Of a stretch of 46,792 nucleotides of DNA, positions 8,477 through 17,854 are shown piece after piece. The notes beneath the pieces are model-generated. The model saw only the letters and a program-made list of their open reading frames with translations. It was not told where the DNA came from and searched no databases. Within the stretch, counting starts at the first letter, position 1. Every line of letters starts with the position of its first letter. This DNA comes from Clostridia bacterium. Lineage in GTDB: Bacteria > Bacillota > Clostridia > Oscillospirales > CAG-272. The position numbers were made by a program, and so were the translations under genes. The DNA is taken from positions 1 to 46,792 of the forward strand of contig CAADYN010000131.1 in the NCBI GenBank assembly GCA_900753285.1. The letters run 5' to 3'.

Positions 8477-9022
8477 ATGCTGTTTGAGAAAAAAGAAATA
8501 ACGCTGAAAAACGGGAAAAAAGCCATACTTCGCGCTCCGAGGAGAGAAGACGGCGCGGAAATGAGCGAATACCTCAGAACAATGTCGTCCGAGACGGAAT
8601 TTGTCATAAGATATCCCGAGGAATGCACCGAAACTGCGGAGAGCGAGGGAGAATTTCTCGAAAAACTGAACTCTTCGGAATTAAAGATGATGATAGTTTG
8701 CGAGGTTGACGGGAAAATCGCCGGAAACTGTCAGATAATGTTCTACGGAAGAATCAAGACCGCGCACAGAGCAACAGTAGCTATAGGACTGACGCGCGAA
8801 TACTGGGGACTCGGAATAGGCTCCGCTATGTTTGACGAGATGGAAAAAGCCGCACGACAGAGAGGATGTCTCCTGATGGAGCTTGATTTTATCGAAGGGA
8901 ATGCAAGAGCGCGCGGACTTTACGAGAAAAAAGGTTTCCGCATAACGGGAGTGCTCGAGGACGCGATAAGACTGAAGGACGGAACGCTCCTGAACGAATA
9001 CCACATGGTGAAAAAACTGTAA
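8477..9022 (+). CDS. GNAT family N-acetyltransferase
   Basis: GNAT motif A is present (REYWGLGIGSAMFDEMEKAARQRG). An AAAGGAG RBS lies 7 nt before the ATG at 8477. Confidence 0.85.
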   Translation: MLFEKKEITLKNGKKAILRAPRREDGAEMSEYLRTMSSETEFVIRYPEECTETAESEGEFLEKLNSSELKMMIVCEVDGKIAGNCQIMFYGRIKTAHRATVAIGLTREYWGLGIGSAMFDEMEKAARQRGCLLMELDFIEGNARARGLYEKKGFRITGVLEDAIRLKDGTLLNEYHMVKKL

Positions 9023-9080
9023 AAAACTGCCGCAATACGATAGGACTTCTTTTAAAGCCTGTCATACTGCGGCATATTTG

Positions 9081-10418
9081 TTATTCCGCTCTTTTTCCGG
9101 TGCAGAAGTGTCCGTCGTATCCGTCAAGCACCACGGGAACGATCTCTCCGATGTCGGACACGCAATCCAGAGCCTTAACTTCAATAAAATGCTCGCTGTG
9201 TCCCGTTGAGAACCTGCCGCTGCACTTTTCCGTCAGCATATACACGGGATTATCACGGTGGGTGGCAATATATTCGTCGATTAGCTCATGCTTTATCCCC
9301 GCGCCTATTTCTTCAAGCCTGCCGAGTCGGAGCTTTTTCTCGTGCTCGGGTATCTGACCTTCCATCACAGCCGCCTCCGTTCCCTTACGCTTGGAGTATG
9401 GGAAGATGTGCAGGTGCAAAAATTTAGCGGCGCGGCAGAACTCTATGGTTTCAAGGAAGTTTTCTTCGGTCTCGGTGGGGAATCCGACTATAACATCCGC
9501 CGAAAATGTAGCCTCTGGCAGGTATGAGCGCATCCTCTCGATAGCGGACAGCGCCATGTCGGAATTGTATCTCCGTCTCATTTTTCTGAGAATCTCCGAT
9601 GAGCCGCTTTGCAGTGATATATGGAAGTGCGGGAGGACCTTTTTCTTTACGTTTTCCTCGGAAATAATCTTGCAGAAGCAGTCGCTCATCACTGTCGGCT
9701 CAAGAGAACCCAGTCCGATTCGCTCTATTCCGTCTATCTTCGACACATCTCGAATAAGCTCGGCAAGCGCGTGTCCGTACGGTTTCCTCTCGGGAAAATC
9801 CAGTCCGTATGACGCGGATTCTATGCCGGTGAGAATGACCTCACGACAGCCCTGTTTTGCGAGAGCCGCCGCTTCCTCAAGAACGAGAGACGGCTTTTTT
9901 GACCTTACGGGACCGCGTGCTTTGTTTATAATGCAGTAGGAGCAGATGTTGTTGCATCCGTCCTCTATTTTGATGTACGAGCGGGTGCGGTTCGGCGTTT
10001 CGAGCTTCATGCTGACCGAGCTGTAGCTGTCCGGCGGAGTAGTATCGTTGGTTGCGCTGTGTTCGTTGTTCCCTGCAAGCTTTATTATCATGTCGGCAAG
10101 TGATGCTTTTCCGCTGTTGCCGCAGATATATTCAACGCCTTCTATCTTCATAGCGTCGTCCGAGGCGATTTGTGCGTAGCATCCGGTTACGGCAACGTGC
10201 GTAGATACTGCTGCGGCTTTGCGTATCATCTGGCGTGATTTTCTGTCGCTTTCGGCGGTGACGGTGCAGGTGTTGATTATGCTGACGTCGCATTTCTCCC
10301 CGAACGGCACAAGACGCACGCCTTTTTTCTTCAGTTCCGCCGTGACTACATCCGATTCATATTGATTCACTCGACATCCGAGAGTCAGTATCGAGGCGGT
10401 TATTTCTGCTTTTTCCAT
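9081..10418 (-). CDS. mtaB: Radical-SAM methylthiotransferase, MtaB-like (tRNA ms2t6A)
   Basis: 445 aa. It has the MTTase N-domain (ILTLGCRVNQYES) and the radical-SAM cluster CNNICSYCII. Size and architecture match YqeV/MtaB. Discrimination from MiaB or RimO is by resemblance only. Confidence 0.8.
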   Translation of the reverse strand: MEKAEITASILTLGCRVNQYESDVVTAELKKKGVRLVPFGEKCDVSIINTCTVTAESDRKSRQMIRKAAAVSTHVAVTGCYAQIASDDAMKIEGVEYICGNSGKASLADMIIKLAGNNEHSATNDTTPPDSYSSVSMKLETPNRTRSYIKIEDGCNNICSYCIINKARGPVRSKKPSLVLEEAAALAKQGCREVILTGIESASYGLDFPERKPYGHALAELIRDVSKIDGIERIGLGSLEPTVMSDCFCKIISEENVKKKVLPHFHISLQSGSSEILRKMRRRYNSDMALSAIERMRSYLPEATFSADVIVGFPTETEENFLETIEFCRAAKFLHLHIFPYSKRKGTEAAVMEGQIPEHEKKLRLGRLEEIGAGIKHELIDEYIATHRDNPVYMLTEKCSGRFSTGHSEHFIEVKALDCVSDIGEIVPVVLDGYDGHFCTGKRAE

Positions 10419-10559
10419 GTAAATACCTTCAAATTATATCTTAACCTATTAATTTTATCATGCAAAGCGCGTTTTGTAAAGGGAAGAATCAAAGAAAAGT
10501 GTAAATTCTCAAAATAAATACAATAATTGCGTCGATAATTGTAAATTCGTCAAAAGCTC

Positions 10560-10588
10560 TTGAAAATAATCTCGGTTAGATGTATAAT
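10560..10588 (+). promoter_or_regulatory. SigA-type promoter of the 10675-13682 operon
   Basis: TTGAAA, a 17-nt spacer, then TATAAT. Confidence 0.5.
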
Positions 10589-10674
10589 CTATAGGGAATG
10601 ACAATCGAGATTTTGCGGCAATAATAACTTATTAATAGTTTAACGATGACACAACAAAGGTTGACTTAATATAA

Positions 10675-11886
10675 ATGAATCTTACACAGAACGAGACGGA
10701 ATTTATCAAAACAGCTGCGGCGTCACTCGGCGGGCAGAAATTCGAGCCTGACCATGAGCTGTTTCCGTGGATGTTTATCACTGCAAACCAGCAAAAGCTG
10801 CTCCCGTATATTTTTGAATATGTGAGACTTCTGCCGGGGGTGCCTGACGAAAAGAATGCCGAGCTGTTTTCGATAATGAAGCAGCAGGTCATATCGCAGG
10901 TCGTGAATCAGACTGTTCACACGGCAGAGTTTTCCGCACTGTATCGCAGGCTGAGGGAGATGGAACTTCACCCCGTCGTAGTAAAAGGACAGCTTTGCAG
11001 CAGACTTTACCCTATGAAAGACCACAGAATAAGCGCGGACGACGATATTTGCGTGAGCGACGACGAATTTTTGAAATGCCACAACGCACTCACGGAATAC
11101 GGACTGAAAACGGAATGCGCGGAGGAAGACCTTCTTCATGAGGACGAGGTCACGTACAAGGACACGGAGAGAATGCTGTACGTTGAGATGCACCGCCGCC
11201 TGTTCGACTCATCCGAGGACGCACACGATGAGCTGAACGGATTTTTCTCCGATATTCATTCGCGCTGTGTTGAGACTGACGGATTTTACTCAATGCCTCC
11301 GCACGAGCATCTTTTGTATCTCATCCTGCACGCGTACAAGCATTTTGTCAGCTGCGGAGTGGGACTGAGACAGTTTTTCGATATAGGATTCTGGGCGAGG
11401 GAATACGAGAGCGAAATAGACTTTGATATGCTGTACAGGCAGTGCGAGAGCGTTCATGCCGCTACATTTGCTTCCGTTATCTTCTCCGTTTGCAGAGAGC
11501 GTCTCGGAATCTCGTTTGAGCCGGGAGAGATATGGAAGTGTAACGTCCAGTGCGAACCCATGCTTCACGACGTGCTGTGCGGCGGAATTTACGGCTCAAA
11601 CGACTACACAAGACTGCATTCGTCAACGGTAACTCTCAGCGCAGTCAAGTCGAGCCGCAAGGGAAAAAACGGCAGTGTGTTGTCAACCGTGTTCCCGAAG
11701 AAGACATATATGGAGAAAAAATATCCGTATGTCAAGAAAAATCCGATACTTCTTCCGGCGGCGTGGATAGCAAGAATAGCGGACTATATAAAGGAAACAA
11801 AAAACACACAAAACGACAACGCGTCCGATTCACTGAAGCTGGCAAAGGAAAGAATTGAACTCATGAAAATGTACAATATAATGTAG
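10675..11886 (+). CDS. Uncharacterised nucleotidyltransferase family protein (NTP_transf_5-like)
   Basis: 403 aa. The segment HPVVVKGQLCSRLYP...RISADDDICV resembles the PF14907 family core. The assignment is by recollection only. Confidence 0.55.
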   Translation: MNLTQNETEFIKTAAASLGGQKFEPDHELFPWMFITANQQKLLPYIFEYVRLLPGVPDEKNAELFSIMKQQVISQVVNQTVHTAEFSALYRRLREMELHPVVVKGQLCSRLYPMKDHRISADDDICVSDDEFLKCHNALTEYGLKTECAEEDLLHEDEVTYKDTERMLYVEMHRRLFDSSEDAHDELNGFFSDIHSRCVETDGFYSMPPHEHLLYLILHAYKHFVSCGVGLRQFFDIGFWAREYESEIDFDMLYRQCESVHAATFASVIFSVCRERLGISFEPGEIWKCNVQCEPMLHDVLCGGIYGSNDYTRLHSSTVTLSAVKSSRKGKNGSVLSTVFPKKTYMEKKYPYVKKNPILLPAAWIARIADYIKETKNTQNDNASDSLKLAKERIELMKMYNIM

Positions 11887-11895
11887 GAGAACGAT

Positions 11896-12447
11896 GTGGG
11901 CAGTATTTCTTTGAAAAAGTATTCGTCTCCCGTGGGGAATATAACCATAGCCGCAGAGAACGACGCAATAACAGGATTATGGATTGAAGGACAAAAGTAT
12001 TTCTGCGAGACGTGCAGGTTTACGACGGCTACATACAAGGACGATTATGCTCTCGACTCGGCTTGCAGTTGGCTCGACAGATATTTTGCCGGAGACAGAC
12101 CCGCGCCCGATGAGCTGAACCTAAATCCGCAGGGGAGCGAATTCAGAAAAGCGGTGTGGAATATACTCAGGCAGATACCCTACGGCGAAACCATGACCTA
12201 CGGTGACATCGCGCAGAGAATATCCACGGATTACGGCATGGAGCATATGTCGGCTCAGGCTGTCGGCGGCGCTGTCGGACACAATCCCATATCAATAATC
12301 GTCCCGTGTCACAGAGTAGTAGGCGCGGGGGGAAGCATGACGGGATACGCCGGAGGTATTGACAAGAAGGTCGCACTGCTCAGACACGAGGGAATAATAT
12401 TTGACGAAAGAAATAATATCATACATAAGGAGAAAAGCAAATCATGA
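11896..12447 (+). CDS. ogt: Methylated-DNA-protein-cysteine methyltransferase
   Basis: The active site IVPCHRVVGAGGSMTGYAGG is present. GTG start after a GGAG RBS. Confidence 0.92.
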   Translation: MGSISLKKYSSPVGNITIAAENDAITGLWIEGQKYFCETCRFTTATYKDDYALDSACSWLDRYFAGDRPAPDELNLNPQGSEFRKAVWNILRQIPYGETMTYGDIAQRISTDYGMEHMSAQAVGGAVGHNPISIIVPCHRVVGAGGSMTGYAGGIDKKVALLRHEGIIFDERNNIIHKEKSKS

Positions 12448-13682
12448 AAGCAGAATTTTACACGAATAACCGAAGAAAGCTCGCCGAATACCTGCCTGAC
12501 GGAGCGCTCATGCTCATCTTTTCAGGCTATGCACCGAGAAAAAGAGCCGACGAGGATTATCCATTCTTCTCAGACAGAAACTTTGTATATTTGACCGGTA
12601 TCTCACGTGACGCGGGTCTTGTTTACGCTATGAAGAAGGTCGGCGGGGACGTCAGCGAAAAGCTTTTCCTGCTTCCGGCGGACTTCATGAAGGAAAGATG
12701 GACGGGACGCAGAACCAAGGCTGACGAAGCGCACGAGCTGTCAGGTATAAATGACATTGCGTACACTCCCGATTTTGAGGAATACTTTAAGAAAGCCGTA
12801 TCAGAGTGCGAAAACATCTGCCTTGACATAGACGATACACGTGAAGAGCGCGACTACACCGAAGCACACAGATTCGCTCGCCGCATGAAGGAAGAATATC
12901 CCGCGAAGAAAATCGTAAACATCCGTCCCGCGCTTGCCGAAATCAGAACGATTAAGGCAGACTGCGAAATTGACGCTATGAGAGAAGCCGTTCGTATTAC
13001 CGGAGAAGGCATTAAGGCTATGATGCACGGTGTCCGCGACGGAATGAAGGAATACGAGATTAAGGGACTTTACGACTCCGCACTTCTCGCAAACGGCTGC
13101 CTTGAACCCGCGTTCCCGTCAATCATCTCCGCGGGACAGAACAACTTCTGCATACACTACTACTCATACAGCGGAACTGCTCATACGGGAGACATGGTTC
13201 TGTGCGACGTCGGCGCTTGCTATGACTTCATCGGCTGCGATATTTCAAGAGGCTTCCCTCTGAGCGGCAAATTCAGCGACAGACAGAGAAAGCTCTACGA
13301 AGCCGCGTACGCTACAAGCCAGCATCTGTTTGATATCATAAAGCCAGGCTACCTGATGGAAGAGGTTGACCGCGAGGCTCAGCGTTTCTGCTATACATAT
13401 CTCCACGATTACGGACTTGTAGATAAGCCGGAGCACATCGGAAAGCTCATGTGGCACGGCGGATCCCACCACGTAGGCTTTGACACGCACGACATCGTGA
13501 AGAGACCCGAGATTATAGCTCACGGAATGGTGTTCTGCGTGGATATCGGTATATACTGCGAGGAGTGGGGAATCGGCTTCCGTCTCGAGGATAACTGCCA
13601 TGTTACAGAAAACGGCTGCGAAAACCTCGGCATTCACGTTCCGCGCACAATAGAAGAAATCGAAAACGAAATGAGAAGATAA
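12444..13682 (+). CDS. Xaa-Pro aminopeptidase (peptidase M24 family)
   Basis: 412 aa. It shows pita-bread fold metal-ligand contexts (DVGACYD..GCDISR, GGSHHVGFDTHD, FRLEDN). The start overlaps the ogt stop as ATGA. Confidence 0.88.
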   Translation: MKAEFYTNNRRKLAEYLPDGALMLIFSGYAPRKRADEDYPFFSDRNFVYLTGISRDAGLVYAMKKVGGDVSEKLFLLPADFMKERWTGRRTKADEAHELSGINDIAYTPDFEEYFKKAVSECENICLDIDDTREERDYTEAHRFARRMKEEYPAKKIVNIRPALAEIRTIKADCEIDAMREAVRITGEGIKAMMHGVRDGMKEYEIKGLYDSALLANGCLEPAFPSIISAGQNNFCIHYYSYSGTAHTGDMVLCDVGACYDFIGCDISRGFPLSGKFSDRQRKLYEAAYATSQHLFDIIKPGYLMEEVDREAQRFCYTYLHDYGLVDKPEHIGKLMWHGGSHHVGFDTHDIVKRPEIIAHGMVFCVDIGIYCEEWGIGFRLEDNCHVTENGCENLGIHVPRTIEEIENEMRR

Positions 13683-13690
13683 AGAATAAC

Positions 13691-13770
13691 GCTCGGCTGT
13701 CCCGACCTTCATCCGTTAGTTCTTTGGGCTAACTTTTGAGGTTCGGGACACAAGCCGGGCGTTTTTTATT
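13691..13770 (+). terminator. Long-hairpin intrinsic terminator; copy A of a dispersed hairpin element
   Basis: The arms ggctgtcccgaccttca and tgaggttcgggacacaagcc enclose an inner gttag/ctaac stem, followed by gttttttatttt. The element is homologous to 32242-32330. Confidence 0.7.
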
Positions 13771-13774
13771 TTAT

Positions 13775-15757
13775 TTAGAATGCTATAGCTTCAATTTCTT
13801 TTGCGCACTCTTCCGTCGGAGGGATTTTTCCGTCAGCTACATCGTAAAGCTCGGAGTGAGTTTTTACAATGCCGTTGAGGAATTCTGAATACGGGCGTGA
13901 GCATACGTCGAGTACGCCGATCTGGTAGTTTTCGCCGTCAAATCTTCCGAGGTACGGCTGATCGTAGAGGATGAAGTAGTGCGCTCCGAGACACATCGGG
14001 TGGGACGCGGCTCTGTGAAGGTATCTTCTGTAAGCGACTCCTCTTTCGTGCTGATTTTCCACACCGCGAAGTCCAGTTGCGTCAAGACCACGGTCAAGCG
14101 CGCCGAAGTGGAACTCGCCAATCATAACCGGCTTTCCCGTCATCTTCGAGAAGTTGTCGATCATGTCGTAGGGGTCCATGGAGTAGCAGTTGAACGAGAA
14201 TATGTCCGTGTATTCGCATCCCGCGGCGAGAGCTTTACTTGAAAGCCATGCGTATCTTATGCCGAGGTTGAGGTGGTTCGGATCGGCACGTCTTGCCGCT
14301 TCTGCCGGAATCTTTATGTAGTTCCGTATCATCTCCGTTGTTTCTTCCATGAGGTCGCTCTCAGCGGCTTTGGAAATTTCTTCTGCTTTAAACGGCTTTT
14401 CCATGTCCTCGAATGAGGTGAAGCTTGCTTCCCACGCGGCGTTGAGCTTTTCTATAGTGCCGTATTTTTCGCGGAGGGAGTTTATGATGTGCTCTCTCGT
14501 CACGAGCTTTGATGTACTTGCCATGACGAAAGCGGCGAGGTTGATGTCGTTGACGAATGCCCACTGAGGTTCGTTTGACATGAAGTAGCCGATGAGGTTG
14601 TCGTCGTCGCGGCGTTTGTCAAGGAAGTGCGCCCATTCATCAGCTTTTGTCTTAAATTCGGGCGAATACACGTCGGGAAAATCACGGAATACTGTTACAT
14701 CTGTGCAGGGATAGCCGGGACCTATCACGACATACGGCATTTTCTCACGTTCGATGAACCGCATATCGCTCCAGCAGGCTATCGTGTTGCATCCCCATGA
14801 AACAAGGCGGCGGCGAATCATGTCAGCCCATTTTCCGTAGTAATCCTCACCGAAAGCGGCGGCAATGTTGTGCAGGAAGAAGTTGAAGTTCTCGGTTTTC
14901 CTGCCGTTCCATGAACCTTTGTGCCAGCCTGGTTCGTCCTCTCCGGGTAGGTTTTCGCACAGCTTTGTAATGCCCGTGAGGTTGCAGCAGTCGCCGAGTC
15001 CCACGCAGTCAAATCCCATTGAGAAGAACGCGTATCCGTCCGGATCCTTGAGCCACCATCTCTTGCCGTCGTTTTCGAGCCCGAAGAATCCCGTCTTCTC
15101 GAATCTCTTGCCGAGCCATCCGCCGTATCTTGAACGCATCTCAAGCGGCTTTTCGGTGGTGTCAGCGGCTTCTTCAAGGAGAAAACGCTTCATTTCTTCC
15201 TCGTCCTTTGTCTTGCCCGCCCAGTTTGTCAGCTTCTTCTGTCCGAGTGAGTCTACCATTTTCTTCTCTTCAAGCGGATATTCCGGCTCGGAGTCGAGAA
15301 TGCGCACGTTTTCTATCTTTAAGATGAGGTCTGCGGGAGTTTTGTCAACGCATACGGCGAATTTTCTTATCTTGTCAAGGCTGATGGGATGTCCGTGAAC
15401 TACGGTTTTCAGCTTTCCGGGAGTGCGGGGCAGGAACAGTGTCTTTGCGGAAAGCTCGGAGAAGGGAAGCGCGATTCTCGTTTTGAGGTTCGGGAGCACA
15501 CCCATCTTTATGTTGAGGTCGCACCAGCCCCCGCTTTCGGATTTCCAGAACTGCCAGCAAAGTCCGGCTGAAAGCTCACCGCAGGCGGTTATGTCCATCG
15601 TGAGGTATTCGGTCGGCTTTACCTTGATACCGCAGAACGTTCCCTCGGGAAAGCAGGTGAAAATTGACGTCGCTCCGCCTTTCGGAAACAGGAATTTGTC
15701 GTCTCCGAGGTATTTCGCACCGCTCAGAGAAAACTTTGTGAGGTCGATATTTTGCAT
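13775..15757 (-). CDS. Putative glycoside hydrolase (clan GH-A-like TIM barrel, family not assigned)
   Basis: 660 aa with no signal peptide. It has an NEP acid/base-type motif (YFMSNEPQW) and a candidate nucleophile context (VMIGEFHFG). The N-terminal ~160 aa form an additional domain. Confidence 0.6.
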   Translation of the reverse strand: MQNIDLTKFSLSGAKYLGDDKFLFPKGGATSIFTCFPEGTFCGIKVKPTEYLTMDITACGELSAGLCWQFWKSESGGWCDLNIKMGVLPNLKTRIALPFSELSAKTLFLPRTPGKLKTVVHGHPISLDKIRKFAVCVDKTPADLILKIENVRILDSEPEYPLEEKKMVDSLGQKKLTNWAGKTKDEEEMKRFLLEEAADTTEKPLEMRSRYGGWLGKRFEKTGFFGLENDGKRWWLKDPDGYAFFSMGFDCVGLGDCCNLTGITKLCENLPGEDEPGWHKGSWNGRKTENFNFFLHNIAAAFGEDYYGKWADMIRRRLVSWGCNTIACWSDMRFIEREKMPYVVIGPGYPCTDVTVFRDFPDVYSPEFKTKADEWAHFLDKRRDDDNLIGYFMSNEPQWAFVNDINLAAFVMASTSKLVTREHIINSLREKYGTIEKLNAAWEASFTSFEDMEKPFKAEEISKAAESDLMEETTEMIRNYIKIPAEAARRADPNHLNLGIRYAWLSSKALAAGCEYTDIFSFNCYSMDPYDMIDNFSKMTGKPVMIGEFHFGALDRGLDATGLRGVENQHERGVAYRRYLHRAASHPMCLGAHYFILYDQPYLGRFDGENYQIGVLDVCSRPYSEFLNGIVKTHSELYDVADGKIPPTEECAKEIEAIAF

Positions 15758-15799
15758 CGGAATTTACCATCCTTTCGGGTTGATATTTCTGTATATTTT

Positions 15800-17561
15800 T
15801 CAGTTAGCATAGTTTTCGGCTTGCATTTTGAATAGTCTTGAATACTCTCCGCCTTGCTCCATAAGCTCCGCGTGAGAGCCGCATTCTACCACCTTTCCGT
15901 GCTGTATATGAACTATTTTATCCACATACAGGGAACATGACAGATTGTGAGAGACTAAAATCATCGTTCTCTCGCCTTTGATTTTCTTTATGGAGCTGAT
16001 AATCTGATGCTCAGTCTCAGGGTCAAGGGCGTTTGAAGGCTCATCGAGCACTATTATTCCGGAGGATTTCAAAAGGCTTCTCATTAGTTTAACACGCTGT
16101 ATTTCGCCTCCCGAGGGCTGAATTCCGTTCGGATACATATATGTGAGCAGAATCGTGTCTATACCCTTCGGGAATTTGCGCACCAGAGCTTGGAACCAGT
16201 CATATTTTTCGCATTCTTCTTTGTATAAATCAAAGTCCTTGTCAAAGCATATGTTCTCTTTCAGAGTCAACGGGAGCAGAGTTCCGCCCTGAAACATCAT
16301 TGAAATGCTTTCCCATATGGACTTTTGAGCAATGGAGTGCAGCTCAACATCGTCAATAAGTATTTTGCCTTTGTAATTGTCGTAAAATGAATTCAAAAGC
16401 ATGAGCAGTGTTGACTTTCCCGCGCCGTTTTCACCAACTAATAGTATGCTCTCTCCCGGGTTTATGGTGAAGCTGATATCGTCGAGTATTAATTTGTCAT
16501 TTGTCGGATAAGAGAACGATACGTTTTGGAATTCGATTTTATGAGGAGCGGCGGGAATCAGATGTATATCGCCATCCTTGCTTGATTCAAATTTGGATTC
16601 ATCAATAAATGTAAATAGGTTTTCAAGGTAAAGGTTTCTTTCCGCCAGCTGGAGGATATTGTTGACAAGAGAATCCAGTGACGACTGCATTTTTACTACA
16701 TAGGACTGCAATAACGTGTATTCGCCTAAGGTGATTATGCCGGAGAACACTTGGAAAATTATTCTTACGGAAGCAAGCAGTCCCATAATAATGCCGGTCA
16801 GGGACATATAGAAAGAATACTCATTTTTCTTTTTCTCCGACGATACCGATAAATCAATTCTATCCGCAACAAACTGCTTGTATTTGCCGATTAAGAAATC
16901 GAACATATTAAACGATCTTACCTCATGCGCATAGTATTTGCTTATCATTAAATGTCTTGTCGCGGACAATCTTCTTCCGATTGAATTTGCTTCCTTTGAC
17001 ACATCGTAAGAATATTTGTTAAGCCGTGATTTCAGTATACAGTACGGAATTATTCCGACTATCAATAAAAGCGGTACGATAAAATCATATTTCAGATAGA
17101 AAATTATCGCTATGATGAAGTTTATGGAGCTTGACAGTATTTCAAGTAAATAGTCGATTGATTTTGTCAGACCGTTTGTCTCCGTGAGAGCGTATTCCAT
17201 GGCGTCATAGAATTCCGGCTCATCAAAATTTACTGTATTTTACATTGACCACCGCTTCTATCAGCGTTTCCTGCAATTGATATGTAAGAAGCATATTTAT
17301 TTTCGGATAATAGCGGTTTTTGAAAATATTTATAAGCAGCTGCAAAACGTCTATCGCGGTGCTTATTATTAGCAGCCTCAGCAAAACTCCGAACGTAGAC
17401 TTGTTTACGGTCAAAGCGTCGATAAGCTCTTTCTTTACGTATATAGAGGTGAAAGAAAAAGCGATATTCATAATCATCATAAATACTTTGATGAAAATAA
17501 ACTTTTTGTCACATTTCCATGTCAGCTTTATAGCGCGTATAATGTTGTTTACTCTTTTCAT
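15800..17561 (-). pseudogene. Fused TMD-NBD ABC exporter, split by a +1 frameshift
   Basis: The ORFs 17223-17561 (TMD N-terminus) and 15800-17200 (remaining TMD plus an NBD with GENGAGKST, PSGGEIQR, IIVLDEPSNALD) are in different frames. The downstream frame stays open upstream of its ATG (..VNFDEPEFYDAMEY). Removing one T from the coding-strand aaatttt run (plus-strand A4 at 17225-17228) fuses them. Confidence 0.8.
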
Positions 17562-17769
17562 AAATGTACCTTTCCGTGCTCGTTTAAAATTGTCCTGTGA
17601 ACTGTCGTTATAGTTATTTTAACATAGCCAAAAGCCGATTGCAAGCGTATCGGGAATAATTCTCTCGATTTTTGGCTGATGTCAACAAAAACACCGGCGG
17701 CAATCTTGCGCGAAGATAACTACATCTGTGCACTTATTCATAAAAAATGCGAAAAAATTCCAAAAAGTA

Positions 17770-17799
17770 TTGATTATCATGCGGCGGATAGTGTATAAT
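17770..17799 (+). promoter_or_regulatory. SigA-type promoter of the cotH-discoidin pair
   Basis: TTGATT, an 18-nt spacer, then TATAAT. Confidence 0.45.
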
Positions 17800-17854
17800 A
17801 TGATGAGATAATTTCAAAACCACAGCTCAGAATAATACCGACAAGGAAATGAGA

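Noticed and set aside
17628-17680. An imperfect hairpin agccaaaagccgat...atcggg...ttttggct upstream of the ABC exporter.
   Set aside because: It has no T-tract and no recognisable riboswitch or RNA-family features. It could be a promoter-region remnant and there is insufficient evidence.
17682-17741. A 19-codon Cys-rich mini-ORF on the minus strand (MNKCTDVVIFAQDCRRCFC) ~120 nt upstream of the ABC exporter, tempting as a bacteriocin or RiPP precursor.
   Set aside because: There is no Shine-Dalgarno sequence (the upstream sequence is ggaattttttcgcatttttt), it is very short, and it has no leader-like motif. Such ORFs are expected by chance in AT-rich spacers. It would only be worth revisiting if homologous exporters carry a similar peptide.
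17679-17798. A 39-aa plus-strand ORF (MSTKTPAAILREDNYICALIHKKCEKIPKSIDYHAADSV) upstream of cotH.
   Set aside because: It has no RBS and runs through the predicted cotH promoter -35/-10, so it is probably non-coding.
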